A stretch of 64,000 nucleotides of DNA from Mytilus trossulus (Eukaryota): the NCBI RefSeq assembly GCF_036588685.1, contig NW_026963298.1, forward strand, positions 434,001 to 498,000, read 5' to 3'. A program made the translations under genes and the position numbers. A model generated the notes under the pieces. It was not told the origin of the DNA. It did not search any database and saw only the letters and a list, made by a program, of their open reading frames with translations. This document shows positions 50,010-63,995 of the stretch, piece after piece. Positions within the stretch are counted from its first letter, which is position 1, and each line of letters begins with the position of its first letter.

Positions 50010-50210
50010 TCACCCACTGTAATATTGCATTACCCTACATTAACTGTACTTGAGATACACTATAATAATGCATAACCCTATATTTACGGTACTTGAAGTA
50101 AGAATTACACTGTATTTACCATACAAGAGGTAAGCATTATCGTTTATTTACCGTACTTGAGATAAACTGTAATATTGCATTACCCTATATTTACCGTTCT
50201 TGAGGTAAAT
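50010..50210. repeat. Short degenerate ~43-bp tandem repeat
   Basis: actgtaatattgcattaccctatatttaccgtacttgagat about 4-5 times. Confidence 0.6.
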
Positions 50211-50665
50211 TGTCATTTCTCAATCATAAAGATATTTGATTTACTTAATGCTGAGAATACGTCACTTATGTAGTTATAAATTGAGACAAACCCCTTTTAT
50301 TACTTTTTAAAATACAATTTCTCAAAACTAAACCACATGTATGTACTGAGTACTTTATCAGAAACCCAAATTCAAGAAAAGTCTCAAACCAACTTCCATA
50401 GCTGTTTTTTGCATTTTTGATAGTTTTCTGAAAGACATTAATTAAAAGTCAAGTCATGTCGTAAAATGTATTGTTAAACATACAAGTTAGACGATGTGGT
50501 ATAACTGCCAAAAAGACAACTCTCAACAGACTTGTTTGCAATTGAGAATGAACATGAGAAATGGAGTATTTGCAAAGATAACAGTAGAGAAAAGGGCATA
50601 TCCGTGTACTGTTTCTGGTGTTTATCTATAATAATAAACAGATAAAATTAAAATATATATTGCAG

Positions 50666-53600
50666 CTCAATGTGAAGATATTCAACAGATTCCTAACGGA
50701 ACAGTTACCAAAACTGGCATAGCTGTTGGTTCTACTGCAACTTTTTCATGCGACGCTAATTTTGAGTTACGTGGGAACCGGTCAATAACATGTACTGTAA
50801 ATGGATGGAGTGACTTAATTCCACTTTGTTATGGTACGGACAAAAATAACTGAAATGTATATGCATGTACGTAGTGTTGCATTATTAATAAATTCTAATA
50901 TGTTAATGATATGGACATCGTTAGCTGATATGTATATACGTAGGATTTTATTATTACTACACTCCAATATAGTTTCGTACGAACAAGGTTTAAAGACTGA
51001 TCTGACTGGTCTGATAACCAAAATCATGATTACCTAAAGGCAGACTTGGTCTGAGGACTGTTTATTTGATTGTTTTAAAATTAACGTAAAGACTAGACCG
51101 CTAAGAAAGTTAACTTTGTTATTTAAAAAGCATTATCGTAAATGTGTTTTTGATGCGTTTTGTTATTTGATTTTGCCATGCGATTATGGACTTTCCAAAT
51201 TGATTTTCCCCTAAGTTCAGTATTTTTGTGATTTTACTTTTTATTGTTGTCAAAACAGCAATTTAAACCTTGTCATGATTACAAACAAAAAATTGACCAG
51301 TGTCATCAACACTAATTAGTTTGTATTGCAAACGAGACAACACTCCTTCCAAGTCACAATTTGTAAAAGTGAACCATCATAGGTCAAATTACTGTCTTCA
51401 ACACAGAGCCTTGATTAATCAAGCTATAAAGGGCCCCACAATGCCTAGTGTAAAACCATTCAAACAGAAAAAAAACCAACTTGAAGCGGTCTTTGGCTTT
51501 CGATTCTGTTTTGTACTTGTTAAATGTCACCATGATTTTCAGTACGGAAAACAAGTACATTTGTACACATCTATTTAAGGTTAGCTAGCATCTGCATTTG
51601 GTCATAAATTTCAGTGATCAATGCATTTTATATGCATGCAAGTTTAATTTGTTTTCGCGTGTACCTACCTCGAAATCGGTGAAAACAGATACACCTAGAA
51701 AAAAGTCCATTTACAGTTTTCTTCTGTTAAGGACAGAACTTTACTAAACGACCAAATTGAATCAAATTTACTGTAAAATCTCAACCATTTTTTCTAAATA
51801 CATGACACAAATACAACTGTTACAATTGTACTATCCTTAAAATAAAACATAGAGTAAAAAACGAATTAAGGAGTTTAAAAAAAAATCTTAATGCGTTGTT
51901 TACTCTATGTTTCATTATAAGAAACAGGATTTCCAATGTATGCCTGTTTTCCAGTGGCATTGTGACACAGCATACATGTATATCGAAATTCAAAATATAC
52001 AAAACGAAGTTCTAAAAGTATGTTGATCTTTTCATGTTTCTTGGAATAAATCAAACCGTATAAATAGAAACTGCTAACACATTGATTGTAAATAAAGACG
52101 ATATCAAGTATTTGCCAAAAACTAATTATACTTGATATGTTTGTTTTTTTTTGTAGGTTGTCCAGACAGTATTGGTCACTTTAGAGGATCAACCTACCTG
52201 ATCACCTGTACATTTTTTAGCGACTGGATTAACGCAATCAAACCGTATAAATAGTAAGCTGCTAACACATTCATTGTAAAGCATTGCAATATGTTATATT
52301 TCTATTTACAACAGAGACTGCATAGATATGAATAAAAATAAAAATAGTAAGGTGCGATATGAGCTAGCACGGGGACGACAGTTACAATTAACAAAACCGA
52401 TGCGTCAATAAACATTCCAAATAAACAGCACTGACCGATCTAAGTTTGATAATATTTCAGAGTAGTTATAACATAAGCTGATTATTCAAACATCCCAAAT
52501 ATATAGCAGTTAAAGTATAATAATGATTGTTGAATGAGGTTAAACAGTTGAACCTGATGAATAGTTATATATATATATGCATGTTTTTACTACGAGATTA
52601 TGACATTGTGTTCAAACTTCTGTTTGCTGAAGTAAAACGTTTCTATTGTAGACTGACTGTGAAAGTCGAGGTGGTAATCTGACAAGCATTGAAACTGAGG
52701 ACGAAAACAATTATCTGAAATATTTAGTGAATTTGTATGGTGTTGGTAATGATTTTTGTTTCATTTGAAGCCATCAATTGAAAATATAGTGTGTTATATT
52801 ACATACTTAGTATTTAGTTTTTTTATTTGGTTTGTTATCCGTTTTGTAAATCCAGACGGGAAAACCACCTCATATTGATTCCCCGGTACACCTTTTGACT
52901 GAAACTTTTGTTACACCAGGGAATACCCAGTACTCCTATTGACTTATATTGTTGGTATATCAGGGTTTACTCAGTAATCTGTTGACTAAAACAGATGCTA
53001 CATCAGGCGGAACAACATGGTTTCCCCGGTACACCTAATGACTGAGAGTGTTGTTACGCAATGAATTTCCCCGTACACTTATTGACATATATTGATGTTA
53101 CAACAGGCATCCCCTGCTACACCTGTTGACTTATATTGTTGTTATATCAGAGGTTTCTCGGTACATACACCTATTGCCTTTGATTGTGGTTACACCAGTC
53201 GAAACAACCTTCTTATATGGATTATCTTTGAGTTACATTTTTGTTTAACAAGGCGGGACAACCTCTCATATGAATTATCTTCTGCATCTATTGACTTAGA
53301 ATATTATCACACAAGGGATTTCACGGTACACCTGTTGACTTATAGCGATGTGACATCAGGCGGGACAACCTCATTTTATGGATTCCCTGGTGCACTCATT
53401 GTTCTTACGAACTTTATGGACAACCCTCGTACACCTTTTGATTTAGTTGTTGTTACATCAGATATTCCATAGTATATGTATTATATCCTTGTTACACCAG
53501 GGGTTCGCCAGTAAACATATATGGTTAATACATCAGGATGTTTCATGTGCACCTATTTAAGTATATTATTGTAACACCAGGAATCTACCGGTACACCGAT

Positions 53601-55511
53601 ATACTTAGATTGTCGTTGCACTAAGGAGTCCCTAGTACGTCTTTGACTAAGATTGTTGCTACACCTGTGATCCCCTCCCGTATACCTATTGACTTAGATT
53701 GTTGTTAAAACAGGGGCAACCTCCTCATATTGACTCCTCGAGACACCTATTGATTTAAATCGTTGTGCAGCTATTGAATTATATTGTTGTTACATCAGGA
53801 ATTCCCTGGTAAACCTATTGACTTACATTGTTGTTAAACAAGACGGGACAACCTCCTCATATGGATTATCTGCTAAACCGATTGTTTAAGATTGTTGTTA
53901 CACCAGGGATTCCCCGGTACGCCTGTTGACTTATATTGATGTTACGCCAGGCGGGACAACCTACTCATATGGACTCCTATGGTACACCTACTGATTTAAA
54001 TCGTTGTACACCTCTTGATTTAGATTATTGTTACATCAAGGATTCCTCGGTACACCTATCGACTGAGATTTGTATTTCACTAGATAATCCCTTGTACACC
54101 TATTGACTTACATCGTTGTCACACAAGGGATTCAAGGTACACCTAGTGACTAATGTTGTTGTTACACTATGGAATCCCCTCTACATATATTGACATAGAT
54201 TGTTTTTACATCAGGGATTCCCCGGTACACGTATTTACTTGTATTTTTGGTACATCATGGTTTTATTTGGTTCACCTAATGACTGAGATTGTTGTTACGC
54301 AATGGATTTCCCGTACACTTATTGACTTAGAGGGTAGTTACATCAGGGATTTACCGATACACCTATTGACTTAGATTGGCATTGCACCAGGGATTTACCG
54401 GTACACTTATTGACTGAGATTGTTGTTACACAAGGGAGTGTACGGTACACCTATTGACTAAGATTGTTGTTAAGTCATGATTTCTCCGGTACATTTATTG
54501 TTGTTACAACAGGGATTCCCTGCTGCACCTATTGATTTAGATTGTTGTTACATCAAGGATTCCCCGGTACACCTATTGATTAAATTGATGTTACATTAGG
54601 GAATCCCCTGTACACCTTAAATAATCAATATGAATTTATCAAATATATATATATACATTGTTCGATAATGAATGAAAAGTATTTATGATAATTTACAATT
54701 GTCTTTTGACATTGTCTTGTTCATATTAATACATTATGCCGTTCGTGGTGTTAATGTTCTATCATATTTGCGTATTTTCAAACATTTGAATATGTATCAA
54801 CTTATGTTTTTACTTATTATTAGGTTCTTATTGGATAGGCCTATCGGATACAAAGACTGAGGGATCATTTCAGTGGCTTTCGAGTCAACAACTAACGTTT
54901 ACTGACTGGTATCAAGGTCCACCAATTCAACCAGATGACACAAATGATTTGTTATTACCTAATGCAGACTGTGTTGTATTAAATGGTCTTTATTCATTTC
55001 AATGGACTGATGAAGTATGCACGAGTCTTACTAGCTATCGCCTATCAATTTTTGAAATTTGGTCAGTATTCATTATCTTTTTGATATAAGATATCACCTT
55101 TTAAGTTTTAGCTTTCTATAAAGGACTTGGATTGATTTTACTCTGAAACAACACCTTTGCCCCACATAGTTAATAATGACATTGAATCTTCTTATTTGTC
55201 ACATTTACGTCATGCTGACTAGCAATATGAATCTCTTAATTTTAGTAGTACATATTTCACGATTGTATAATTAATCATACATCGTTAATAGAAATACAAC
55301 AATGAAAGGGTATGAGGTAAATTTACATGAAATATTTTTTTTTTCTTCTTCTCCTATATCCCGTCGTTTTTCCATTGATAAAAACAAATAAATAGTTTGT
55401 ATAACATATAATAGTGAACTTGTCAATTTATGATGATATTAATTTTTACTTTTTACTTTTATCATTCAAAAAGTGATCTGATGTAAGTTTATATTTTGTC
55501 TTTTGTAGATA
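50666..55511 (+). CDS. Sushi/CCP + C-type lectin domain gene (possibly decaying)
   Basis: Exons 50666-50833 (QCEDIQQIPNG...FSCDANFELRG...ITC..GWSD..PLC), 52157-~52240 (GCPD..GHFRGSTY...DWINA), 52652-52745 (DCESRGGNLTSIETEDEN), 54824-55061 (YWIGLSD..EGSFQW...QPD...DCV...WTD..C); last exon from 55509; AATAAA ~55586. First (signal peptide) exon not located. Confidence 0.82.
52850..54618. repeat. Degenerate ~43-bp tandem repeat in lectin intron
   Basis: ggattccccggtacacctattgacttagattgttgttacaccag variants. Confidence 0.9.
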
Positions 55512-56153
55512 ATAGTAGAAGTCATTGATTAGGAACAAAACACTCAGCATTTTAAAACATGTACTTTTTCGATATGATGAGATTTAATAAAATTAAGTTC
55601 GCAATTTTTTTTTCGTATTACTGTTTATTTAATACCTACCGACATGTTGCTACAGTCATATATCTTTAACTGCTAGATGAACTATGTCTGTTATTGTACC
55701 CTGTCTGCTTCTATTTGGAGTCCATGCGATTTCCTGATGGTATTGTTTTACGTTCAAGTCTTTGATATCCCATTGCTGTTATTGACATATAGTTATCACA
55801 GTTTCTAGGATTGTAAATTGATACGCCAGACGTGCGTTACGTCTACAAAAGACTTATCGATGACGTTCAGATCATAATAGATATAAAGCCAAACATTTAC
55901 AAGGTTGAAGAGCATGGATGACCAAACATAACGCTAGGACAATCCTTAGTTTTCGAAAAACTCATAGTTTTGAAACAGGAAATAAAAAAAAAATCGTTCC
56001 ATTGATACTCCTGTCAACACCGAAGTGCTGACTACTGGGCTTGTGATACCCTTGCAGAGTAAGCTTCCACCAGCAGTGGTATCGAACCAGTGGTATAAAT
56101 AGTTATCAAAGGTACCATGATTATAATGTCATACACCAGACGCGGTTTTCGTC

Positions 56154-56598
56154 TACATAAGACTCATCAGTGAATCTGAGATTACAATCGTATAAGGATA
56201 AACTCGTACATAAGACTCATCAGTGAACCTGAGATTACAATCGTATAAGGATAAACTCGTACATAAGACTCATCAGTGAACCCGAGATTACAATCGTATA
56301 AGGATAAACTCGTACATAAGACTCATCAGTGAACCTGAGATTACAATCGTATAAGGATAAACTCGTACATAAGACTCATCAGTGAATCTGAGATTACAAT
56401 CGTATAAGGATAAACTCTACATAAGACTCATCAGTGAACCTGAGATTACAATCGTATAAGGATAAACTCGTACATAAGACTCATCCGTGAACCTAAGATT
56501 ACAATCGTATAAGGATAAACTCGTACATAAGACTCATCAGTGAACCTGAGATTACAATCTTATAAGGATTAACTCGTACATAAGACTCATCAGTGAAT
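56154..56598. repeat. 53-bp tandem array (8 full copies plus a partial)
   Basis: tacataagactcatcagtgaacctgagattacaatcgtataaggataaactcg starting at 56154, 56207, 56260, ... Confidence 0.95.
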
Positions 56599-57268
56599 CA
56601 AAGGTACCATGATTAGAATTTCATACGCCAGACGCGGTTTTCGTCTACATAAGACTCATCAGTGAACCTGAGATTACAATCGTATAAGGATAAACTCGTA
56701 CATTGATGAAGAGCATCGAGAACCTCAATTCGAGAACGTTGTGCCACAAATGGCGTAGGTAGTTTACGTCTGGGATAAGAAAGTCCTTAGTATTCGATAA
56801 AAATCATAGTTTTGAAACAGAAAATTAATAAAATAAATGACCATACAATTGATATTCATGTAATCGACCCATGGTTATCAATAGTTATCAAAAGTACCAG
56901 GTTTATCTTTTTGATACGCCAGTTATATAAGATAAATACGATAGATATGAATCTGACCAGTATAAGATGCCGAGTAAAAACCAATAACGGAAATACACAG
57001 CAAAGATACAGCACTAATTATATTAATGGCATCAAATGATGCTTCATAATATGTCAAGTATCGACACAACATTGGTAATTTTTGTTTTTCTCTTTGGCAA
57101 CATATCTACTGATTGAAATAAAAAAAAGCAGATACTACGCAAGGTCGAAAAATACTTAATTCTTAAAGTTTATCATTAGACCAATGAAACTGAAATTTCG
57201 GACGAGGTTGCAAACCTGGCACCGCCTTTGTCTTAGTAGTTATCAAAGGTACCAGGGTTAAAATTAAG

Positions 57269-57315
57269 TACGCCATACGAGCGTTTCGTCTACATAAGAC
57301 TCATCAGTAACGCTC
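57269..57315 (-). ncRNA. Hammerhead ribozyme, minimal type I (best-preserved copy)
   Basis: Minus strand: gcgtta CTGATGA gtct-tatgt-agac GAAA cg-ct-cg TA tggcgt; stem I can pair with G-U wobbles; GUA cleavage triplet. Confidence 0.72.
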
Positions 57316-57789
57316 ATATCAAAATATTTATTAAGTCAAACAATTACAAAATTGAAGAGCATCGATGATCCAAAATTCCAAAAGGTTTTGCCAAATACGG
57401 CTAAGGTAATTTATGCCTGGGATAAGAAAATTCTTTGTTTTTCAAAAAAATATTTTGTAAACAGGAAATTTATAAAAAAATGACTTAGAAAACAAACCAA
57501 AGGTACAATATCATATCGCATTTTACTTTCCTCGATGGCATAAAACCGCATAACATGGCTTCTCTAGATACGAATATCTATGTAAATTGTCTTCTAGACG
57601 TTGCAAGCACACATAACTACAATAGTCATTTAAGAAAAGTACCATACCAAACAATGGCAAAATTCAGCATTCAAGGCTTTCTAATATTCGGGTAACATGA
57701 ATCCTGATATAAGTAAATTGCAAAAAAGTACTAAGTCTTTATGATAGGATTGAAAGTTGAACAGGCAGTAGCATTGTGGAAATGCTTTT

Positions 57790-58525
57790 CAAATTTGTAT
57801 TTGTTTTTGGCTTTATAACTATTATGATATAAGTTTCACTGATGAGTCTCGTGCAGACCAAAAGCGCGTCTGGCGTATTAAATTATAAGCCTGGTACCTT
57901 TTATAGCTATTAAGAATGACGACTATGTTACCGGCTTTGTAGATGACTGATAATATGTCAAACGCATTTTAAATAGCATGAACATTTTATCGAGTCTAAG
58001 TTATCGAAATTAAAAGGATAATTAACACGAGTCCCAATTTGATATAACCAATGAAATTCATAAATATCACCAAACAACAAGTAGACTCACAAGGCCAAAT
58101 AATAGAATTCGGCAAATAACCAAAAGAAACGGAGGCAAAAGATACTTAAAAACTATATCACTTTGAATAGGATATGGCTGTTCCCTAGAGCATGGGATAG
58201 CTATGTTCTGATTGTTTTGGCAATAGCGATCATATGTTTCAATAGTTTTGTAGTATATGTGTTCTTATAAAAACAAAAAAATATCTCCAGTTACCGTGTT
58301 CTTGACGTGCAATTGTTTATAATCGTGCTCAGAACGAAAAATTTTCAAACGTCCCAGACACAAGTGTTTAGTCAAAGGCTGGTTTTAAACAGACTGTCGG
58401 AATTGACAAGTCTGTCTAAATTGACGAGATGTTACATAATTATACACTGATGAGTCGTTTGTAGACAAAACGTGCGGCTGGCGTAAATATACAATTTCAA
58501 TCCTGGTATCTATGATAAGTTTATT
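57790..58525 (+). mobile_element. Two decayed plus-strand hammerhead/retrozyme fragments
   Basis: ctgatgagtctcgtgcagaccaaaagcgcgtctggcgt (57839) and ctgatgagtcgtttgtagacaaaacgtgcggctggcgt (58447); GAAA mutated in both. Confidence 0.7.
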
Positions 58526-59544
58526 TAAGCCAAAAAGGTGAATAACGATATAAAATCAATGTTTCAAATATACAGATTTACATTTAGGAAGAGACTGTTC
58601 AAAATAGGGAAGGAAGAAGTGCAAACCCTGATGTTTATATCCCATTATATTAAAATAGTTGTCGATGCAAAGGATAACTTTTCTATCATCCTTCTAATTA
58701 AAGAAAACATTTCCTTTCTTTTATAATGATTCATGTATATCTGTGAACTAACGAACATGTACACGCGGCCGTAACATGCTTTTAGTTTTGTCTTTAGAAT
58801 TTCGATATTGACACGAATGTCAATTATATAAAGCAATTATACAACACACATATTGTTTAAAAAGTAAAATAAAAAAACTCCGTGGAAAATTCAAAACGAA
58901 AAGTCCCCAATCAAATGTCAAAATCATACGATAAAACATATCAAACGAATGGATAACAACTGTCACATGCCTGACTTGGGACAGGCATTTTCAAAAGTAG
59001 AAAAGGGTGGATTGAACTTGGTTTAACAAAGCTAAACCTCTCACTTGTATTACGGTCACATCACATTCCATAATATTTACAACGATCTTGAACTAAACAG
59101 ACATACTAGGTAAATTAGTCAAAATGTGGGTACAGCAGTGATCACAATCTCAAAACAAACAAATATGTAACTAAAACACAAGAAGTATCTATCAAATTTA
59201 AAAAAAACCACATACATAGCTTCGCGTGTATGACGTCATAAAATTTAAACGTCACATACAAGGCGTTATTTACATCCAAATGTAGTCATTTGTTAAACTA
59301 AAATAGTGAATTTGATACGATACCCCTAAAATTCAAAATTAAAAGTCCCTTATAAAATGGCTTATATGTTGAAAATGGTTGATTAAATATTGGATAAAAA
59401 TACTAAAGGTACGTTCAAACTCATCAGTCGAAAATAACCTGACAACGCCATAACTAAACAAAAAGACAGACAAACAGATTAAAATCAAAACAATAAACTA
59501 AACTAATAAAAAACAGTAAACAAAATAACACATAGAAAATCAGA

Positions 59545-62500
59545 GACTGAAGCCAAACATACATGAACCACATCAAGGCATACGTAGTTTACCGTTGTAC
59601 AAAAGTCTGAAGACAGACATACAAGAACCACAACAAGACAAAAGTAGTATACCATTTTACAAAAGACTTAAGACAGACATACAAGAACCACAAACAAGGC
59701 AAAAGTAGTATACCATTTTACAAAAGACTTAAGACAGACATACAAGAACCACAACAAGGCAAAAGTAGTATACCATTTTACAAAAGACTTAAGACAGACA
59801 TACAAGAACCACAACAAGGCAAAAGTAGTATACCATTTTACAAAAGACTGAAGACAGACATACAAGAACCACAAACAAGGCAAAAGTAGTATACCGTTAA
59901 ACAAAAGACTTAAGACAGACATACAAGAACCACAAACAAGGCAAAAGTAGTATACCATTTTACAAAAGACTTAAGACAGACATACAAGAACCACAAACAA
60001 GGCAAAAGTGGTATACCATTTTACAAAAGACTTAAGACAGACATACAAGAACCACAACAAGGCAAAAGTAGTATACCATTTTACAAAAGACTTAAGACAG
60101 ACATACAAGAACCACAACAAGGCAAAAGTAGTATACCATTTTACAAAAGACTGAAGACAGACATACAAGAACCACAAACAAGGCAAAAGTAGTATACCAT
60201 TTTACAAAAGACTTAAGACAGACATACAAGAACCACAACAAGGCAAAAGTAGTATACCATTTTACAAAAGACTGAAGACAGACATACAAGAACCACAAAC
60301 AAGGCAAAAGTAGTATACCATTTTACAAAAGACTGAAGACAGACATACAAGAACCACAACAAGGCAAAAGTAGTATACAATTTTACAAAAGACTGAAGAC
60401 AGACATACAAGAACCACAACAAGGCAAAAGTAGTATACCATTTTACAAAAGACTGAAGACAGACATACAAGAACCACAAACAAGGCAAAAGTAGTATACC
60501 ATTTTACAAAAGACTTAAGACAGACATACAAGAACCACAAACAAGGCAAAAGTAGTATACCATTTTACAAAAGACTGAAGACAGACATACAAGAACCACA
60601 AACAAGGCAAAAGTAGTATACCGTTAAACAAAACACTTAAGACAGACATACAAGAACCACAACAAGGCAAAAGTAGTATACCATTTTACAAAAGACTGAA
60701 GACAGACATACATGAACCACAACAAGGCAAAAGTAGTATACCATTTTACAAAAGACTTAAGAAAGACATACAAGAACCACAAACAAGGCAAAAGTAGTAT
60801 ACCATTTTACAAAACACTCAAGACAGACATACAAGAACCACAAAAAAGGTAAAAGTAGTTTACCATTGTACAAAAGTCTGAAGACAGACATACAATAACC
60901 ACAACAAGGCAAAAGTAGTTTACCGTTGTACAAAACACTCAAGACAGACATACAAGAACCACAAACAAGGTAAAAGTAGTTTACCGTTGATCAAAAGTCT
61001 GAAGACAGACATACAAGAACCACAACAAGGCAAAAGTAGTGTATCGTTGTACAAAAGTCTGATGACAGACATACAAGAACCACAAACAAGGCAAAAGTAG
61101 TATACCGTTAAACATAACACTTAAGACAGACATACAAGAACCACAAACAAGGTAAAAGTAGTTTACCGTTGATCAAAAGTCTGAAGACAGACATACAAGA
61201 ACCACAACAAGGCAAAAGTAGTGTATCGTTGTACAAAAGTCTGATGACTGACATACAATAACCACAACAAGGCAAAAGTAGTTTACCGTTGTACAAAACA
61301 CTCAAGACAGACATACAAGAACCACAAACAAGGTAAAAGTAGTTTACCGTTGATCAAAAGTCTGAAGACAGACATACAAGAACCACAACAAGGCAAAAGT
61401 AGTGTATCGTTGTACAAAAGTCTGATGACAGACATACAAGAACCACAAACAAGGCAAAAGTAGTATACCATTTTACAAAACACTCAAGACAGACATACAA
61501 GAACCACAAACAAGGTAAAAGTAGTTTACCATTGTACAAAAGTCTGAAGACAGACATACAATAACCACAACAAGGCAAAAGTGGTTTACCGTTGTACAAA
61601 ACACTCAAGACAGACATACAAGAACCACAAACAAGGTAAAAGTAGTTTACCATTGTACAAAAGTCTAATGACAGACATGCATGAACCACAACAAGGCAAA
61701 AGTAGTATACAGTTTTACAAAAGACTCAAGACAGACATACAAGAACCACAACAAGGCAAAAGTAGTTTACCGTTGTACAAAACACTGAAGACAGATATGC
61801 ATGAACCACAACAAGGCAAAAGCAGTTTACCGTTGTACAAAAGTCTGAAGACAGACATGCATGAACCACAACAAGGCAAAAGTAGTATACAGTTTTACAA
61901 AAGACTTAAGACAGACATACAAGAACCACAACAAGGCAAAAGTAGTTTACCATTGTACAAAACACTGAAGACAGACATGCATGAACCACAACAAGGCAAA
62001 AGTAGTATAAAGTTTTACAAAAGACTCAAAACAGACATACAAAAACCACAACAAGGCAAAAGTAGTTTACCGTTGTACAAAACACTGAAGACAGATATGC
62101 ATGAACCACAACAAGGCAAAAGTAGTTTACCGTTGTACAAAAGTCTGAAGACAGACATGCATGAACCACAACAAGGCAAAAGTGGTTTACCGTTAAACAA
62201 AACACTTAAGACAGACATGCATGAACCACAACAAGGGAAAAGTAGTATACAGTTTTACAAAAGACTCAAGACAGACATACAAGAACCACAACAAGGCAAA
62301 AATAGTGTATCGTTGTACAAAAGTCTGATGACAGACATACAAGAACCACAATAAGACAAAAGTAGTTTACCGTTGTACAAAAGTCTGATGACAGACATAC
62401 AAGAACCACAATAAGGCAAAAGTAGTTTACCGTTGTACAAAAGTCTGATGACAGACATACAAGAACCACAAACAAGGCAAAAGTAGTTTACCGTTGATCA

Positions 62501-63995
62501 AAAGTCTGAAGACAGACATACAAGAACCACAACAAGGTAAAAGTAGTTTACTGTTATACAAAACACTGAAGACAGACATGCATAAACCACAACAAGGCAA
62601 AAGTAGTTTACCGTTTTACAAAACACTCAAGACAGACATACAAGAACCACAACAAGGCAAAAGTAGTTTACCATTGTACAAAACACTCTCGACAGACATG
62701 CATGAACCACAACAAGGCAAAAGTAGTTTACTGTTGTAAAAACACTGAAGACGGACATGCATGAACCGCAATAAGCCAAAAGTAGTTTACCGTTTTACAA
62801 AAGGCTGAAGACAGACATGCATGAACCACAACAAGGCAAAAGTAGTTTACCGTTGTACAAAACACTGAAGACGGACATACATGAACCACAACAAGCCAAA
62901 AGTAGTTTACAGTTTTACAAAAGACTGAAGACAGACATACAAGAACCACAACAAGCCAAAAGTAGTTAACCGTTGTACAAAACACTGAAGACCGACATAC
63001 ATGAACCACAACAAGCCAAACGTAGTTTACCGTTGTACAAAAGTCTGAAGAAAGACATACAAGAACCACAATAAGGCAAAAGTAGTTTACCGTTGTACAA
63101 AAGTCTGATGACAGACATACAAGAACCACAATAAGGCAAAAGTAGTTTACCGTTGTACAAAAGTCTGATGACAGACATACAAGAACCACAAACAAGGCAA
63201 AAGTAGTTTACCGTTGATCAAAAGTCTGAAGACAGACATACAAGAACCACAACAAGGTAAAAGTAGTTTACTGTTATACAAAACACTGAAGACAGACATG
63301 CATGAACCACAACAAGGCAAAAGTAGTTTACCGTTTTACAAAACACTCAAGACAGACATACAAGAACCACAACAAGGCAAAAGTAGTTTACCATTGTACA
63401 AAACACTCTCGACAGACATGCATGAACCACAACAAGGCAAAAGTAGTTTACTGTTGTAAAAACACTGAAGACGGACATGCATGAACCGCAATAAGCCAAA
63501 AGTAGTTTACCGTTTTACAAAAGGCTGAAGACAGACATGCATGAACCACAACAAGGCAAAAGTAGTTTACCGTTGTACAAAACACTGAAGACGGACATAC
63601 ATGAACCACAACAAGCCAACAGTAGTTTACAGTTTTACAAAAGACTGAAGACAGACATACAAGAACCACAACAAGCCAAAAGTAGTTAACCGTTGTACAA
63701 AACACTGAAGACCGACATACATGAACCACAACAAGCCAAACGTAGTTTACCGTTGTACAAAAGTCTGAAGAAAGACATACAAGAACCACAATAAGGCAAA
63801 AGTAGTTTACCGTTGTACAAAAGTCTAATGACAGACATACAAGAACCACAACAAGGCAAAAGTAGTTTACCGTTGTACAAAAGACTCAAGACAGACATAC
63901 AAGAACCACAACAAGGCAAAAGTAGTTTACCGTTGTACAAAAGTCTGATGACAGACATACAAGAACCACAACAAGGCAAAAGTAGTTTATCGTTC
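59545..63995. repeat. 60/61-bp satellite array with 720-bp higher-order repeat
   Basis: agacagacatacaagaaccacaacaaggcaaaagtagtttaccgttgtacaaaagtctga; 62461 onward is repeated at 63181 onward. Confidence 0.97.

Larger units (their letters stand above)
55790..57482 (-). mobile_element. Tandem retrozyme-like repeats with minimal type I hammerhead ribozymes
   Basis: ~310-bp units starting agttatcaaaggtacc (55791, 56101, ~56598, 56883 partial, 57238); minus strand CTGATGA-GTCT-TATGT-AGAC-GAAA cores. Confidence 0.8.

Noticed and set aside
56154-56598. CRISPR-like array
   Set aside because: No unique spacers; contiguous identical units in eukaryotic DNA with no cas genes.
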